A stretch of 37,179 bases of DNA, taken from NCBI GenBank assembly GCA_905215275.1, contig CAJMPE010000001.1, forward strand, positions 1-37,179. The letters run 5' to 3'. Every line of letters begins with the position of its first letter. Within the stretch, counting starts at the first letter, position 1. The notes under the pieces were generated by a model. The model saw nothing but the letters and a program-made list of their open reading frames with translations. It made no database searches and was not told where the DNA came from. Positions 1 through 8,315 of this stretch are shown piece by piece. Both the position numbers and the translations under genes were made by a program. Origin of the DNA: an uncultured bacterium. GTDB taxonomy: Bacteria > Actinomycetota > Coriobacteriia > Coriobacteriales > Coriobacteriaceae.

Positions 1-2
1 TG

Positions 3-362
3 GCTGCCGATATCGCCGCCGATGGCAGCTATGTGTGCGAAGTCGACGGCCGCGTGGTGGCGACGTTTGCCTTTTTGCCGGGCCCGGACGAGTGCTATGA
101 CGTCATTGAGGATGGTCAATGGCGCAGCGACGCTCCGTACGCCGTGCTGCATCGCGTGGCGTCCGATGGCACCGTGCACGGCATCGCGGCTGCGATGTTT
201 GCCTTTGCCAAGGAACGTATCGACCATCTGCGTATCGACACGCACCAAGACAACCTGCCTATGCAGGGCGCCATCGCCAAGGCCGGGTTTAAGCGCGCCG
301 GTATCGTATATGTGTCGGACGGTACGCCGCGCGTCGCGTTTGATTGGCTGCGCGAGACATAA
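3..362 (+). CDS. GNAT family N-acetyltransferase, 5'-truncated by window edge
   Basis: Frame open from position 3; GNAT-like motifs VLHRVAS...HGIA, LRIDTHQDNLPMQ...AGFKRAG. Confidence 0.85.
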   Translation, partial: AADIAADGSYVCEVDGRVVATFAFLPGPDECYDVIEDGQWRSDAPYAVLHRVASDGTVHGIAAAMFAFAKERIDHLRIDTHQDNLPMQGAIAKAGFKRAGIVYVSDGTPRVAFDWLRET

Positions 363-390
363 GAGCGGGGACGCGTATCAACAATTTGCA

Positions 391-428
391 CGAACGAAAA
401 TGGCCCCGGGTGGGGTCATTTTCGTTCG
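391..428. repeat. 17-bp inverted repeat hairpin (terminator or REP-like)
   Basis: cgaacgaaaatggcccc / ggggtcattttcgttcg with one G-U-type mismatch, just downstream of the GNAT stop. Confidence 0.65.
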
Positions 429-616
429 CTGCGCTGTTTTGCGAGCCGGCTTTCGCAAGGCGCGAACCTACGAAAATCGCCGCGCGGCAACGCGGGGCGA
501 TGAGCTCGGTCGGGGGATAGGGCCCGCTTCGCCCGCCGGCCCGTAAATTGTATCATCCAGTGTGGAGCGTGAGTGCCCGTTGCCGCGTGCGATGGGCTTG
601 TAATAAGAGGAGAGCC

Positions 617-2617
617 ATGTCGAAGCAAGCGGTCGTTGGAATCTTGGCGCATGTCGATGCCGGCAAGACCACGCTGGCCGAGGCCATGCTGTTCAACGCG
701 GGTCGCATTCGCAAGCGCGGCCGCGTGGACGATGGCGATTCGCATCTGGATACGAACGAGATCGAGCGCGAACGTGGCATCACGATTTTCTCGTCGCAAG
801 CCGTGCTCGACCATGGCGATACCCACGTCATGCTCGTGGATGCGCCGGGGCATGTCGATTTTTCTGCTGAGGCGGAGCGCACGCTGCGCGCACTCGACTA
901 TGTGATTTTGGTTGTGGGTGCCAACGATGGCGTGCAAGGGCACACCGAAACCCTGTGGCGACTGCTTGCGCGCTATGACATTCCGACATTCATCTATATC
1001 AACAAAATCGATTTGGAGAATCCCGGCCGCGATGCTTTGCTGGCACAGCTTGGGCAGCGTCTTTCCGAGGGCTGCCTGGATGCCGGCGAACTGTTGGCGG
1101 GCGAGGCCGTTCAGGAGGACGCTGCTGCGTTGGACGAAGCAGCGCTCGAGGAGTTTCTTGAAGCGGGTGAGCTTTCCGTCGCAACGCTGTCGCGCATGGT
1201 TGCCGAGCGCAAGCTCTTTCCCTGTTTTGCCGGCTCGGCGCTCAAGGACCAAGGCGTGGACGAACTGCTGGATGGAATATGCGCGTTGATGCGCGAACAG
1301 GCATGGTGCCCGGAGTTTGCCGCGCGCGTCTATCGTGTCAGCCGTGGGGATCGCGGTGAGCGCTTGGCTTGGGTTAAAGTGACCGGCGGCACGCTGCATG
1401 CCAAACAGGTGATCAACGGACGCTCCGGTGCCGAGGCATGGGAGCAGAAGGTCGATCAGGTACGCATTTATAACGGCGAAAAGTATGAGCTTGCCCAAGA
1501 AGTTGCTGCTGGCGGTATTTGTGCCGTGACGGGTCTTGCGCACGTTCGCCCGGGGGACGCCCTGGGCGCGGAGACCGCGGGCGATGCGCCCGTCATTGCG
1601 CCTGTCCTCACCTATACGGTGCTTCCGGGCGAACACGATGTCCATGCGGTGTTCAAAGCACTGACTGAGTTGGCGGACGAAGATCCCATGCTCGGCGTAA
1701 GCTGGAATACGCATCTCGAGCAGATTCACCTGCAGCTGATGGGCGCCGTGCAACTCGAGGTCGTGCAGCGGGTGTTGGCAGATCGTTTTGGCCTTTCGAT
1801 TGCGTTTGAGCCCGGCGGCATTCTCTATAAGGAGACTATTTCGCAGCCGGTCGAGGGCGTGGGCCACTTTGAGCCACTGCGCCACTATGCCGAGGTGCAT
1901 CTGCGCTTGGAGCCGCTGCCAGCGGGTTCGGGCGTGCAGTTTGGCACCGTTACCTCGACCGACGAGCTCGATCTTAACTGGCAGCGTCTGGCGCTCACCA
2001 ACGCCATGGAGCGCGATCACCTGGGCGTGCTGACCGGCTCGCCCGTCACCGATGTGCGCATTACGCTCACGGGCGGCCGTGCGCATGCCAAACACACCGA
2101 GGGCGGCGATTTTCGCCAGGCCACGTACCGCGCGATTCGCCAGGGTTTGATGCAGGCGCGCGAGGCCGGCACAGACGTGCTGCTGGAGCCGTGGTACCAC
2201 TTTGAGCTCGAGGTGCCGGGGGAGTGTGTGGGCCGGGCGCTCTCGGATGCCACGCGCATGGGTGCCGAGTACGAGCCGCCGACGATGGCGGACCGGGCGA
2301 AGCTTGTGGGTCGCGTGCCGGCATCCGAGGTGCAGGATTACGCGCTGGAGGTGGCTGCCTACACGAGTGGCCGTGGTCATCTATACCTAGAGTTCGCCGG
2401 CTATGCGTCTTGCCATGATGCCGAGCGCGTCATCGAGACGGCCGCCTATGAGCCCGAGGCTGATCTGCCCAACACGCCCGATTCGGTCTTTTGCTCTCAC
2501 GGCGCTGGCTACACCGTCAAGTGGTATGACGTCCCCGAGGCAGCCCACGTAAAGGTCGATCCCTCCACCTTCTGCCCCTGGCGAGCAGCAGACGCCGAGT
2601 TTTTCGGCCACATGTGA
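617..2617 (+). CDS. TetM/TetW-like translational GTPase (EF-G superfamily); not a canonical ribosomal protection protein
   Basis: G1 AHVDAGKT, ERERGITI, DAPGH, NKID; HFEPLRHYAE and AHAKHTEGGDFRQA motifs; RBS aagaggag before ATG 617. Confidence 0.85.
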   Translation: MSKQAVVGILAHVDAGKTTLAEAMLFNAGRIRKRGRVDDGDSHLDTNEIERERGITIFSSQAVLDHGDTHVMLVDAPGHVDFSAEAERTLRALDYVILVVGANDGVQGHTETLWRLLARYDIPTFIYINKIDLENPGRDALLAQLGQRLSEGCLDAGELLAGEAVQEDAAALDEAALEEFLEAGELSVATLSRMVAERKLFPCFAGSALKDQGVDELLDGICALMREQAWCPEFAARVYRVSRGDRGERLAWVKVTGGTLHAKQVINGRSGAEAWEQKVDQVRIYNGEKYELAQEVAAGGICAVTGLAHVRPGDALGAETAGDAPVIAPVLTYTVLPGEHDVHAVFKALTELADEDPMLGVSWNTHLEQIHLQLMGAVQLEVVQRVLADRFGLSIAFEPGGILYKETISQPVEGVGHFEPLRHYAEVHLRLEPLPAGSGVQFGTVTSTDELDLNWQRLALTNAMERDHLGVLTGSPVTDVRITLTGGRAHAKHTEGGDFRQATYRAIRQGLMQAREAGTDVLLEPWYHFELEVPGECVGRALSDATRMGAEYEPPTMADRAKLVGRVPASEVQDYALEVAAYTSGRGHLYLEFAGYASCHDAERVIETAAYEPEADLPNTPDSVFCSHGAGYTVKWYDVPEAAHVKVDPSTFCPWRAADAEFFGHM

Positions 2618-2643
2618 CAAAGGGGCATCTCCTTTGTCAGATG
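2611..2643. repeat. REP-like palindrome copy 1 (ATGTGACAAAGG-N7-CCTTTGTCA)
   Basis: catgtgacaaagg ggcatct cctttgtcagatg; contains the TGA stop of the GTPase gene. Confidence 0.85.
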
Positions 2644-2646
2644 CTA

Positions 2647-2677
2647 TTGGTATAACTCGGTACAAGTTGGTATAACT
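2647..2677 (+). promoter_or_regulatory. Three 10-bp-period direct repeats upstream of ATPase gene 1 (putative operator/promoter)
   Basis: ttggtataac / tcggtacaag / ttggtataac; includes TATAAC -10-like hexamers. Confidence 0.6.
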
Positions 2678-2710
2678 ATTACCAGGGTTTGCCAATCCGA
2701 GGAGGCCGAC

Positions 2711-3829
2711 ATGAATCCAAATCCCTTTAAGCCAACGGCAGGCAAGCGGCCTCCGATGCTCATCGGTCGAGAGTCGGTCATCGAAGATTTTGAGGAAGGA
2801 CTCGACAACGGAGCCGGAGCGCCGGGTAGGCTCATGCTCATTACGGGAAACCGCGGCTGCGGCAAAACGGTTCTCCTGCGGGAGCTGCAACGTCTAGCCA
2901 GCGAGCGCGGATGGGCGGTTATCTCCGATTCCGCTTCGCTTGGCTTATGCGACCGCTTGGCCGACGCGATTCGCTCGAATAAACCCGTTGTGACGTCAAT
3001 GGAGTTCGGGCCGTCGTTTGGCCGGATGTCGGTCGAGGCGGCGCGGGCAAAGGGCGAGACGTTGCGAGGACTGGTCAACGAGCGCCTCAAGAAGCTCGGT
3101 CCAGGCAAGGGCATACTGTTTGCGATTGACGAGGCGCAATCTGCGTCTATCGAGGAGCTGGCGGCTCTTGCCGTTCTCTATCAGCAGGTGCTCGGAGACC
3201 AGGACGTTACGGGCTTGTCCGATAGCGACCAGCGCGGTCTTGCGCTGGTGTTCGCCGGCTTACCCAGTATGGTTGACGATCTGCTCGAAGAGCCGAGCGT
3301 GACGTTTTTGCGGCGTGCCCAGCAGCGTACGTTGGGAGCGATATCTTTGCCCAAGGTGCGCGATTCGTATATCCAGACGGTCAAAGACGCTGGTCTTTGC
3401 GTTGACGCGGAGACGGCGGACCTTGCGGCGCGCAAGAGCATGGGGCATCCCTATATGGTTCAGCTGGTGGGATATTACATGTGGCGGTCTGCTGTCCGGC
3501 GTGGCTCGCAGGTCATCGAAAGGCGCGATGTCGAGGATGGCCATGCGGATGCCGTCTCCGAGTTCTACGAAGCGGTCGACGCGCCTCTGTATTACGGGTT
3601 GCGCAGTCCGCAACGCCTCTTTATCGAGGCCATGGCTGCTGACGAGGGTAAGCCGACGCGCATGGCGGATATCATTGAGCGTTGCGATCGCACCCAGAGT
3701 TGGGCGAGTAAATATCGCGCAAGCCTGATTCGCGAGCGCGTCATCGAGGCCGCCGGATACGGTCTCGTCCGGTTTACCGTGCCCATGCTGGGCGTGTACA
3801 TTCGCGATCGCGTTTTATGGCATGAGTAG
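2711..3829 (+). CDS. P-loop ATPase (AAA_16/Cdc6-Orc1-like) with C-terminal winged helix
   Basis: NPFxP...GR N-terminus, Walker A GNRGCGKT, Walker B LFAIDEAQ, TFLRRA, GHPYMVQL, wHTH-like C-terminus; RBS gaggagg. Confidence 0.85.
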   Translation: MNPNPFKPTAGKRPPMLIGRESVIEDFEEGLDNGAGAPGRLMLITGNRGCGKTVLLRELQRLASERGWAVISDSASLGLCDRLADAIRSNKPVVTSMEFGPSFGRMSVEAARAKGETLRGLVNERLKKLGPGKGILFAIDEAQSASIEELAALAVLYQQVLGDQDVTGLSDSDQRGLALVFAGLPSMVDDLLEEPSVTFLRRAQQRTLGAISLPKVRDSYIQTVKDAGLCVDAETADLAARKSMGHPYMVQLVGYYMWRSAVRRGSQVIERRDVEDGHADAVSEFYEAVDAPLYYGLRSPQRLFIEAMAADEGKPTRMADIIERCDRTQSWASKYRASLIRERVIEAAGYGLVRFTVPMLGVYIRDRVLWHE

Positions 3830-6335
3830 GGTGATAAAGGTGACGGAACAGAAGATGAGTCCGCAGGCTATCGAGGTGCGTGGCGCGCGCGTCCATAACC
3901 TCAAGGACATCGATATCGATATTCCGCTGGGAAAGCTGGTGGGTATTGCCGGCGTATCGGGTTCGGGCAAGAGCTCGCTGGCACTGGGCGTTCTTTACGC
4001 CGAGGGCTCGCGTCGCTACTTGGAAGCACTCAGCACCTATACTCGACGTCGCCTGACGCAGGCCGAGCACGCCCAGGTGGACGAGGTGCTACACGTGCCG
4101 GCGGCGCTCGCGCTGCACCAGCGCCCCAGCGTGCCGGGCGTGCGCTCGACCTTTGGTACCATGACCGAGCTCAACAACAGCCTGCGTCTGCTCTTTAGCC
4201 GTTGCGCCCATCACGTGTGCCCGCATTGCGGGGCGCGTGTGGAGCCGAGCCTTAACGTGGCCGCAGGCCTGTCGCTCACGTGTCCGACATGCGGCCGCGA
4301 GTTCTACGCCCCGAGCGCCGAAGACCTTGCCTTTAACAGCGGCGGCGCGTGCCCTACTTGCGGCGGCACCGGTGTCATGCGCGAGGTGGACGAAGCGAGC
4401 CTGGTGCCCGACGAGTCAAAGACCATCAACGAGGGCGCGGTGCTTCCCTGGGGCACGCTCATGTGGGATCTGATGAAGCAGGTGGCTGGCGAGATGGGCG
4501 TGCGCACCGATGTGCCGTTTAACCAGCTCACTCCTCAAGAGCGCGACATCGTGTTCCACGGCCCGGCGGTTAAGAAGCACATTCTCTACGTTCCCAAAAA
4601 TGGCGAGGGCGCCACGCCGCTCGACTTTACCTATTACAACGCCGTCTATACCGTCGAGAATGCGCTCGCCAAGGTCAAGGACGATAAGGGCTTAAAACGC
4701 GTTGCGCGCTTTCTGCGCGAGGGGCCATGCCGTGATTGCGGCGGCACGCGTCTTTCCGAGGCTGCGCGCCAGCCCCAGGTGCGTGGTGTCAATCTGGCGC
4801 AGGCCGCGGCCATGACGCTTGGTGATGCGATTGAGTGGGTGCGCGGGATGCCCGCATCCTTGCCGACCGAGATGCAGCCCATGGCGACGGATATCTGCGA
4901 TTCGTTTTTGGGCGCGGCCCGTCGTCTGGTCGACCTGGGTCTCGATTACCTTTCACTCGACCGCGCCGGTGCCACGCTCTCCACGGGTGAACGCCAGCGC
5001 GTGCAGCTTGCTCGCGTGGTGCGCAATCGATCGACAGGCGTGCTTTATGTGCTGGACGAGCCTTCGATTGGCTTGCATCCTGCCAATGTCGACGGCCTGG
5101 TGGGCGTAATGCGCGATCTGGTGGATGACGGCAACACCGTAGTTGTTGTCGACCACGATACGCGTGTGCTGGCGGAAGCCGACTACCTGGTCGAGATGGG
5201 CCCCGTCGCCGGAGCAGGCGGCGGTAACGTGATCGCTGCCGGTACGGTAGACGAGGTCGAGCAATCGCAGAGCAGCCGCATCGCGCCGTTTTTGCGCACC
5301 GAGCCCAGGCGCTTGCGTCCGCAGGTGACTGACGACGAAATGTTCGACCAGGGCCATATCCGTATGGCGACCGATACCATCCATACCGTCAAGCCGCTCG
5401 AAGTCGATATCCCGCGCGGTCGCTTGGTCGCGGTGACGGGCGTTTCGGGTTCGGGTAAGACGACATTGGTGCTCGAGACGCTCATTCCGGCACTCAAGGC
5501 GCAGGCAGATGGCGAGTGTCTGCCAAGACACGTGCGCTGGGTCGATGCCGAAGGCATTGCCCGCGCCAACCTGATTGACGCCACGCCCATCGGTGCCAAC
5601 GTGCGCTCGACGGTGGCGACCTATGCCGACATCCATGATGAGCTGCGCCGCGCCTTCGCCCGTACGCCCGAGGCTAAGGCAGCTGGCTACAAAGCTGGCG
5701 CATTTAGCTACAACACTGGCGCCTTGCGCTGCCCTACGTGCGATGGCACGGGATCGATATCGCTCGACGTGCAGTTTTTGCCCGATGTCGAGATCGTCTG
5801 CCCGGCATGTCGCGGCTCGCGTTATGCAGACGCTGCTTCGCATATCCATCGCGAGGGCAAGGACGGGAGCCTACTTACGTTGCCGCAGCTCATGGACATG
5901 AGTGTGGACGAGGCCATCGACGCCACGCTGGGACTCAAGAAGGTTCAGACGCGTTTGCAGACCTTGCACGACCTGGGCCTGGGTTATCTCACGCTTGGCG
6001 AGCCCACACCGGCGCTTTCGGGCGGTGAGGCACAGCGCCTTAAGCTCGCGAGCGAGATGGGCCGCGTGCAGGATGATGCCGTATTCGTATTTGACGAGCC
6101 CACGATCGGCCTGCATCCGCTCGATGTTCAGGTACTGTTGAACGTGTTTGACGGTCTCGTTGCCAAGGGCGCCACGGTTATCGTGATCGAACACGATCTC
6201 GACCTTATTCGCAATGCCGATTACGTGATCGACATGGGCCCGGGCGGTGGCGATGCGGGCGGGCAAATCGTCTGCGCCGGTACGCCGAGCGACATTGCGG
6301 TCTGCTCCAAGAGCATTACCGGTCGCTACCTATAG
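3822..6335 (+). CDS. UvrA-like ABC ATPase (class II / UvrA2 / DrrC-type)
   Basis: GARVHNLK, two Walker A motifs (GVSGSGKS, GVSGSGKT), signatures LSTGE and LSGGE, DEPS/DEPT, several CxxC pairs; 837 aa, shorter than canonical UvrA; alternative starts 3840 or 3855. Confidence 0.9.
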   Translation: MSRVIKVTEQKMSPQAIEVRGARVHNLKDIDIDIPLGKLVGIAGVSGSGKSSLALGVLYAEGSRRYLEALSTYTRRRLTQAEHAQVDEVLHVPAALALHQRPSVPGVRSTFGTMTELNNSLRLLFSRCAHHVCPHCGARVEPSLNVAAGLSLTCPTCGREFYAPSAEDLAFNSGGACPTCGGTGVMREVDEASLVPDESKTINEGAVLPWGTLMWDLMKQVAGEMGVRTDVPFNQLTPQERDIVFHGPAVKKHILYVPKNGEGATPLDFTYYNAVYTVENALAKVKDDKGLKRVARFLREGPCRDCGGTRLSEAARQPQVRGVNLAQAAAMTLGDAIEWVRGMPASLPTEMQPMATDICDSFLGAARRLVDLGLDYLSLDRAGATLSTGERQRVQLARVVRNRSTGVLYVLDEPSIGLHPANVDGLVGVMRDLVDDGNTVVVVDHDTRVLAEADYLVEMGPVAGAGGGNVIAAGTVDEVEQSQSSRIAPFLRTEPRRLRPQVTDDEMFDQGHIRMATDTIHTVKPLEVDIPRGRLVAVTGVSGSGKTTLVLETLIPALKAQADGECLPRHVRWVDAEGIARANLIDATPIGANVRSTVATYADIHDELRRAFARTPEAKAAGYKAGAFSYNTGALRCPTCDGTGSISLDVQFLPDVEIVCPACRGSRYADAASHIHREGKDGSLLTLPQLMDMSVDEAIDATLGLKKVQTRLQTLHDLGLGYLTLGEPTPALSGGEAQRLKLASEMGRVQDDAVFVFDEPTIGLHPLDVQVLLNVFDGLVAKGATVIVIEHDLDLIRNADYVIDMGPGGGDAGGQIVCAGTPSDIAVCSKSITGRYL

Positions 6336-6336
6336 G

Positions 6337-6371
6337 CAATGTGACAAAGGGACCGCCTCTTTGTCACATTG
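6337..6371. repeat. REP-like palindrome copy 2; may also act as a bidirectional terminator
   Basis: caatgtgacaaagg gaccgcc tctttgtcacattg between convergent uvrA-like and ATPase 2 genes. Confidence 0.85.
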
Positions 6372-6375
6372 ACTT

Positions 6376-7476
6376 CTATTTCACGCATTGAGCTGCGAGA
6401 TAGTCGCGGAAGAATGGCAATTCAAATGCGACGAGCCCTCGTCCTCGTTCTCCGATGATGCCGGCATCTATCATGCGGCGTCGGTAACGGGAGACCTGCT
6501 GCGGCGAACGCTTAAGGCGCTCGACAAGGTCAGCAGTGGTGGACTCTTCCTCGTCATCGAGCATGGCGATGAGGAATCGCTTGTCTTCTGCAGTGAGTTC
6601 CCGATAAGTTGCCGCGAGGATTCGGTCGTCCATCTCGTCGCGCGCGATTTTGATTCCCAGGTCAAAGTCGCGTGACGAGATTTTCTTCGAATCGCTTGTG
6701 AGATCCCAGGCACGGTAGCCTACGAGTTGCAATAGGAAGGGAAAACCAGAGATCGAGCGAACGGCTCTATCGATTCCCTCAGCATCTGCCAGGCGATCGT
6801 TTTCCTGAATTGTGCGAATCAAGGCCTCGCGCACGTCATAGTCGGCAATGCGACCCAGATGATATTGTTGGGCGCGGCGAAGGAACGAGACCGTCTTGTG
6901 GTTCAGTAGCGTCGATACGTTGTTGGGAAGTCCCGCCATGAGCAGGGCGACGCGTTTCCCATCGGTCACAAAGTGCTGATACGTCGCTGCGAGCTGAATC
7001 ATCTCGTCGAGCGTCGGATCGACCTCATCAACCGTGACGAGCAGCCCGGTGCCCGCCTCGTTGAGCTGGTCGATGATGTCACTCATGCGATAACGCCATG
7101 TTGAGGCATCGTGAACACGATTGACCTCGATGCTGCCGAGCGGTGCAATTCCGAGACCGGTGACTTCGAAGTTGTTGGACGGGTCGATAAGGTGGCCTGC
7201 AGCACGTTTCGCCCCGAACTCGATTTCCTCAAGCATTCCCGAGAGCGCGGTCGTCTTTACGGCAATCCAGCCGTGGGATTCCGCCCTTGTCGCAAGCGAC
7301 GACATGAGAGCGGTTTTACCGGTTCCACGCGCGCCCGAGAAGATCGAGGTCAATTCTGGGCGCCTGCGCTGGCTCAAGAAGGCACGGTCCAAATCCCGAA
7401 TAATCTGCTGTCTGCCAGCGAGATGGGCAGGAACCTCGCCAAAACTGGGGGTAAACGGGTTCTCGAGATATTCCAC
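6376..7476 (-). CDS. P-loop ATPase with C-terminal winged helix, paralog of 2711..3829
   Basis: NPFTPSFG...AGR, Walker A GARGTGKT, Walker B VTVDEVD, SFLRRA, GFPFLLQL; GTG start with aaggag RBS. Confidence 0.85.
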   Translation of the reverse strand: MEYLENPFTPSFGEVPAHLAGRQQIIRDLDRAFLSQRRRPELTSIFSGARGTGKTALMSSLATRAESHGWIAVKTTALSGMLEEIEFGAKRAAGHLIDPSNNFEVTGLGIAPLGSIEVNRVHDASTWRYRMSDIIDQLNEAGTGLLVTVDEVDPTLDEMIQLAATYQHFVTDGKRVALLMAGLPNNVSTLLNHKTVSFLRRAQQYHLGRIADYDVREALIRTIQENDRLADAEGIDRAVRSISGFPFLLQLVGYRAWDLTSDSKKISSRDFDLGIKIARDEMDDRILAATYRELTAEDKRFLIAMLDDEEESTTADLVERLKRSPQQVSRYRRRMIDAGIIGERGRGLVAFELPFFRDYLAAQCVK

Positions 7477-7500
7477 AAGGCTCTCCTTTCACGCCGCCGT

Positions 7501-7540
7501 TTAACTTCATTTTACTTTAGTTAATTCTGATTAAAAGTGA
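7501..7540 (-). promoter_or_regulatory. AT-rich 10-bp-period repeats upstream of ATPase gene 2
   Basis: + strand ttaacttcat / tttactttag / ttaattctga / ttaaaagtga in exact 10-nt register. Confidence 0.5.
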
Positions 7541-7593
7541 GGGCTCTTTATCTAGAGCATCAATTAGGCATGTGTGCCATCGGCGTGGCGCTT

Positions 7594-7628
7594 GAATGTG
7601 ACAAAGGGATAGTTCCTTTGTCACATTC
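7594..7628. repeat. REP-like palindrome copy 3
   Basis: gaatgtgacaaagg gatagtt cctttgtcacattc, perfect 14-bp arms; contains the trmL stop. Confidence 0.85.
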
Positions 7629-8220
7629 CCGGAAAGCCTGCCTGGCGCAGGGCCTCGTAGAGGACGATGGCGGCGCTGTTGGAGAGGTTGAGTGCGCTGA
7701 TGCGGTAGTCGTCCGGGTTGACGAAGTTGCCGCAGATGTCCTGTTGAAGGATGGCCTCGTGGCTGTCCTCGGTATGTCCGAGCGATTCCTCGTGGGCTTC
7801 CCAAGCCTCGGCGTTATCGAGTGAGTCACAATCGCGCAGCATGGGGATACGCTCGCAACGCTCGGGCGCCGCGGCAAGCAGTGGCTCGGGAATGCCCGAG
7901 CTCTCGCTGCCAAAGACCAAGTAGTCACCATCGCGGTAGGTGCTTTGCGCATAGGTGCGGCGTGCCTTTTTGGTCAGCAGATGCAGGCGACCATCGGCGG
8001 GGGAGAGATCGTTGCGCGCAAGGAAATCCTCCCAGCCGGCATAGGTCGTCACGTCCAAGTTTTGCCAGTAGCCCAGACCGGCGCGACGTACCGTCTTGTC
8101 GTCGAGCGAAAACCCCAGCGGCTCCACCAGATGCAGGCGGGCGCCGGTGACCACGCAGGTGCGGCCGATATTGCCCGTATTGGCCGGAATCTCGGGCGCA
8201 TACAGCACAATGTTGAACAT
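7621..8220 (-). CDS. trmL: tRNA (cytidine/uridine(34)-2'-O)-methyltransferase (SPOUT family)
   Basis: MFNIVLYAPEIPANTGNIGR, RRAGLGYW, LVFGSESSG, RIPM...LNLSNS; ATG 8220 with aaggag RBS. Confidence 0.9.
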   Translation of the reverse strand: MFNIVLYAPEIPANTGNIGRTCVVTGARLHLVEPLGFSLDDKTVRRAGLGYWQNLDVTTYAGWEDFLARNDLSPADGRLHLLTKKARRTYAQSTYRDGDYLVFGSESSGIPEPLLAAAPERCERIPMLRDCDSLDNAEAWEAHEESLGHTEDSHEAILQQDICGNFVNPDDYRISALNLSNSAAIVLYEALRQAGFPGM

Positions 8221-8240
8221 GAATCTCCTTGGCTCAGAAC

Positions 8241-8276
8241 GAAAAACCACCACGAAGTTAACCTTCGTGGTGGTTT
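8241..8276 (-). terminator. Intrinsic terminator-like hairpin after the COG0523 gene
   Basis: aaaccaccacgaag ttaac cttcgtggtggttt, perfect 14-bp stem; T-run on the minus strand. Confidence 0.7.
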
Positions 8277-8315
8277 GGCGGTTACGTAGACAGAAAAATG
8301 CCCGCTTGGATAAAC

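Noticed and set aside
416..2380. Long antisense ORFs (also 26252..27802, 31446..32927, 35867..37129, 30154..31110, 20323..21537)
   Set aside because: They mirror well-supported genes on the opposite strand, show no recognisable motifs, and are expected from high-GC codon bias.
617..2617. Tetracycline resistance gene (tetM/tetW)
   Set aside because: Lacks the YSPVST domain IV loop, has no mobile context, and carries motifs of a distinct TetM-like subfamily.
3822..6335. Canonical nucleotide-excision-repair uvrA
   Set aside because: Shorter than canonical UvrA, appears to lack the UvrB-binding insertion, and has no uvrB/uvrC nearby; symbol withheld.
2611..7628. CRISPR array or IS terminal repeats
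   Set aside because: The palindromes are kilobases apart with genes between them; no spacers, cas genes, transposase or target-site duplications seen.
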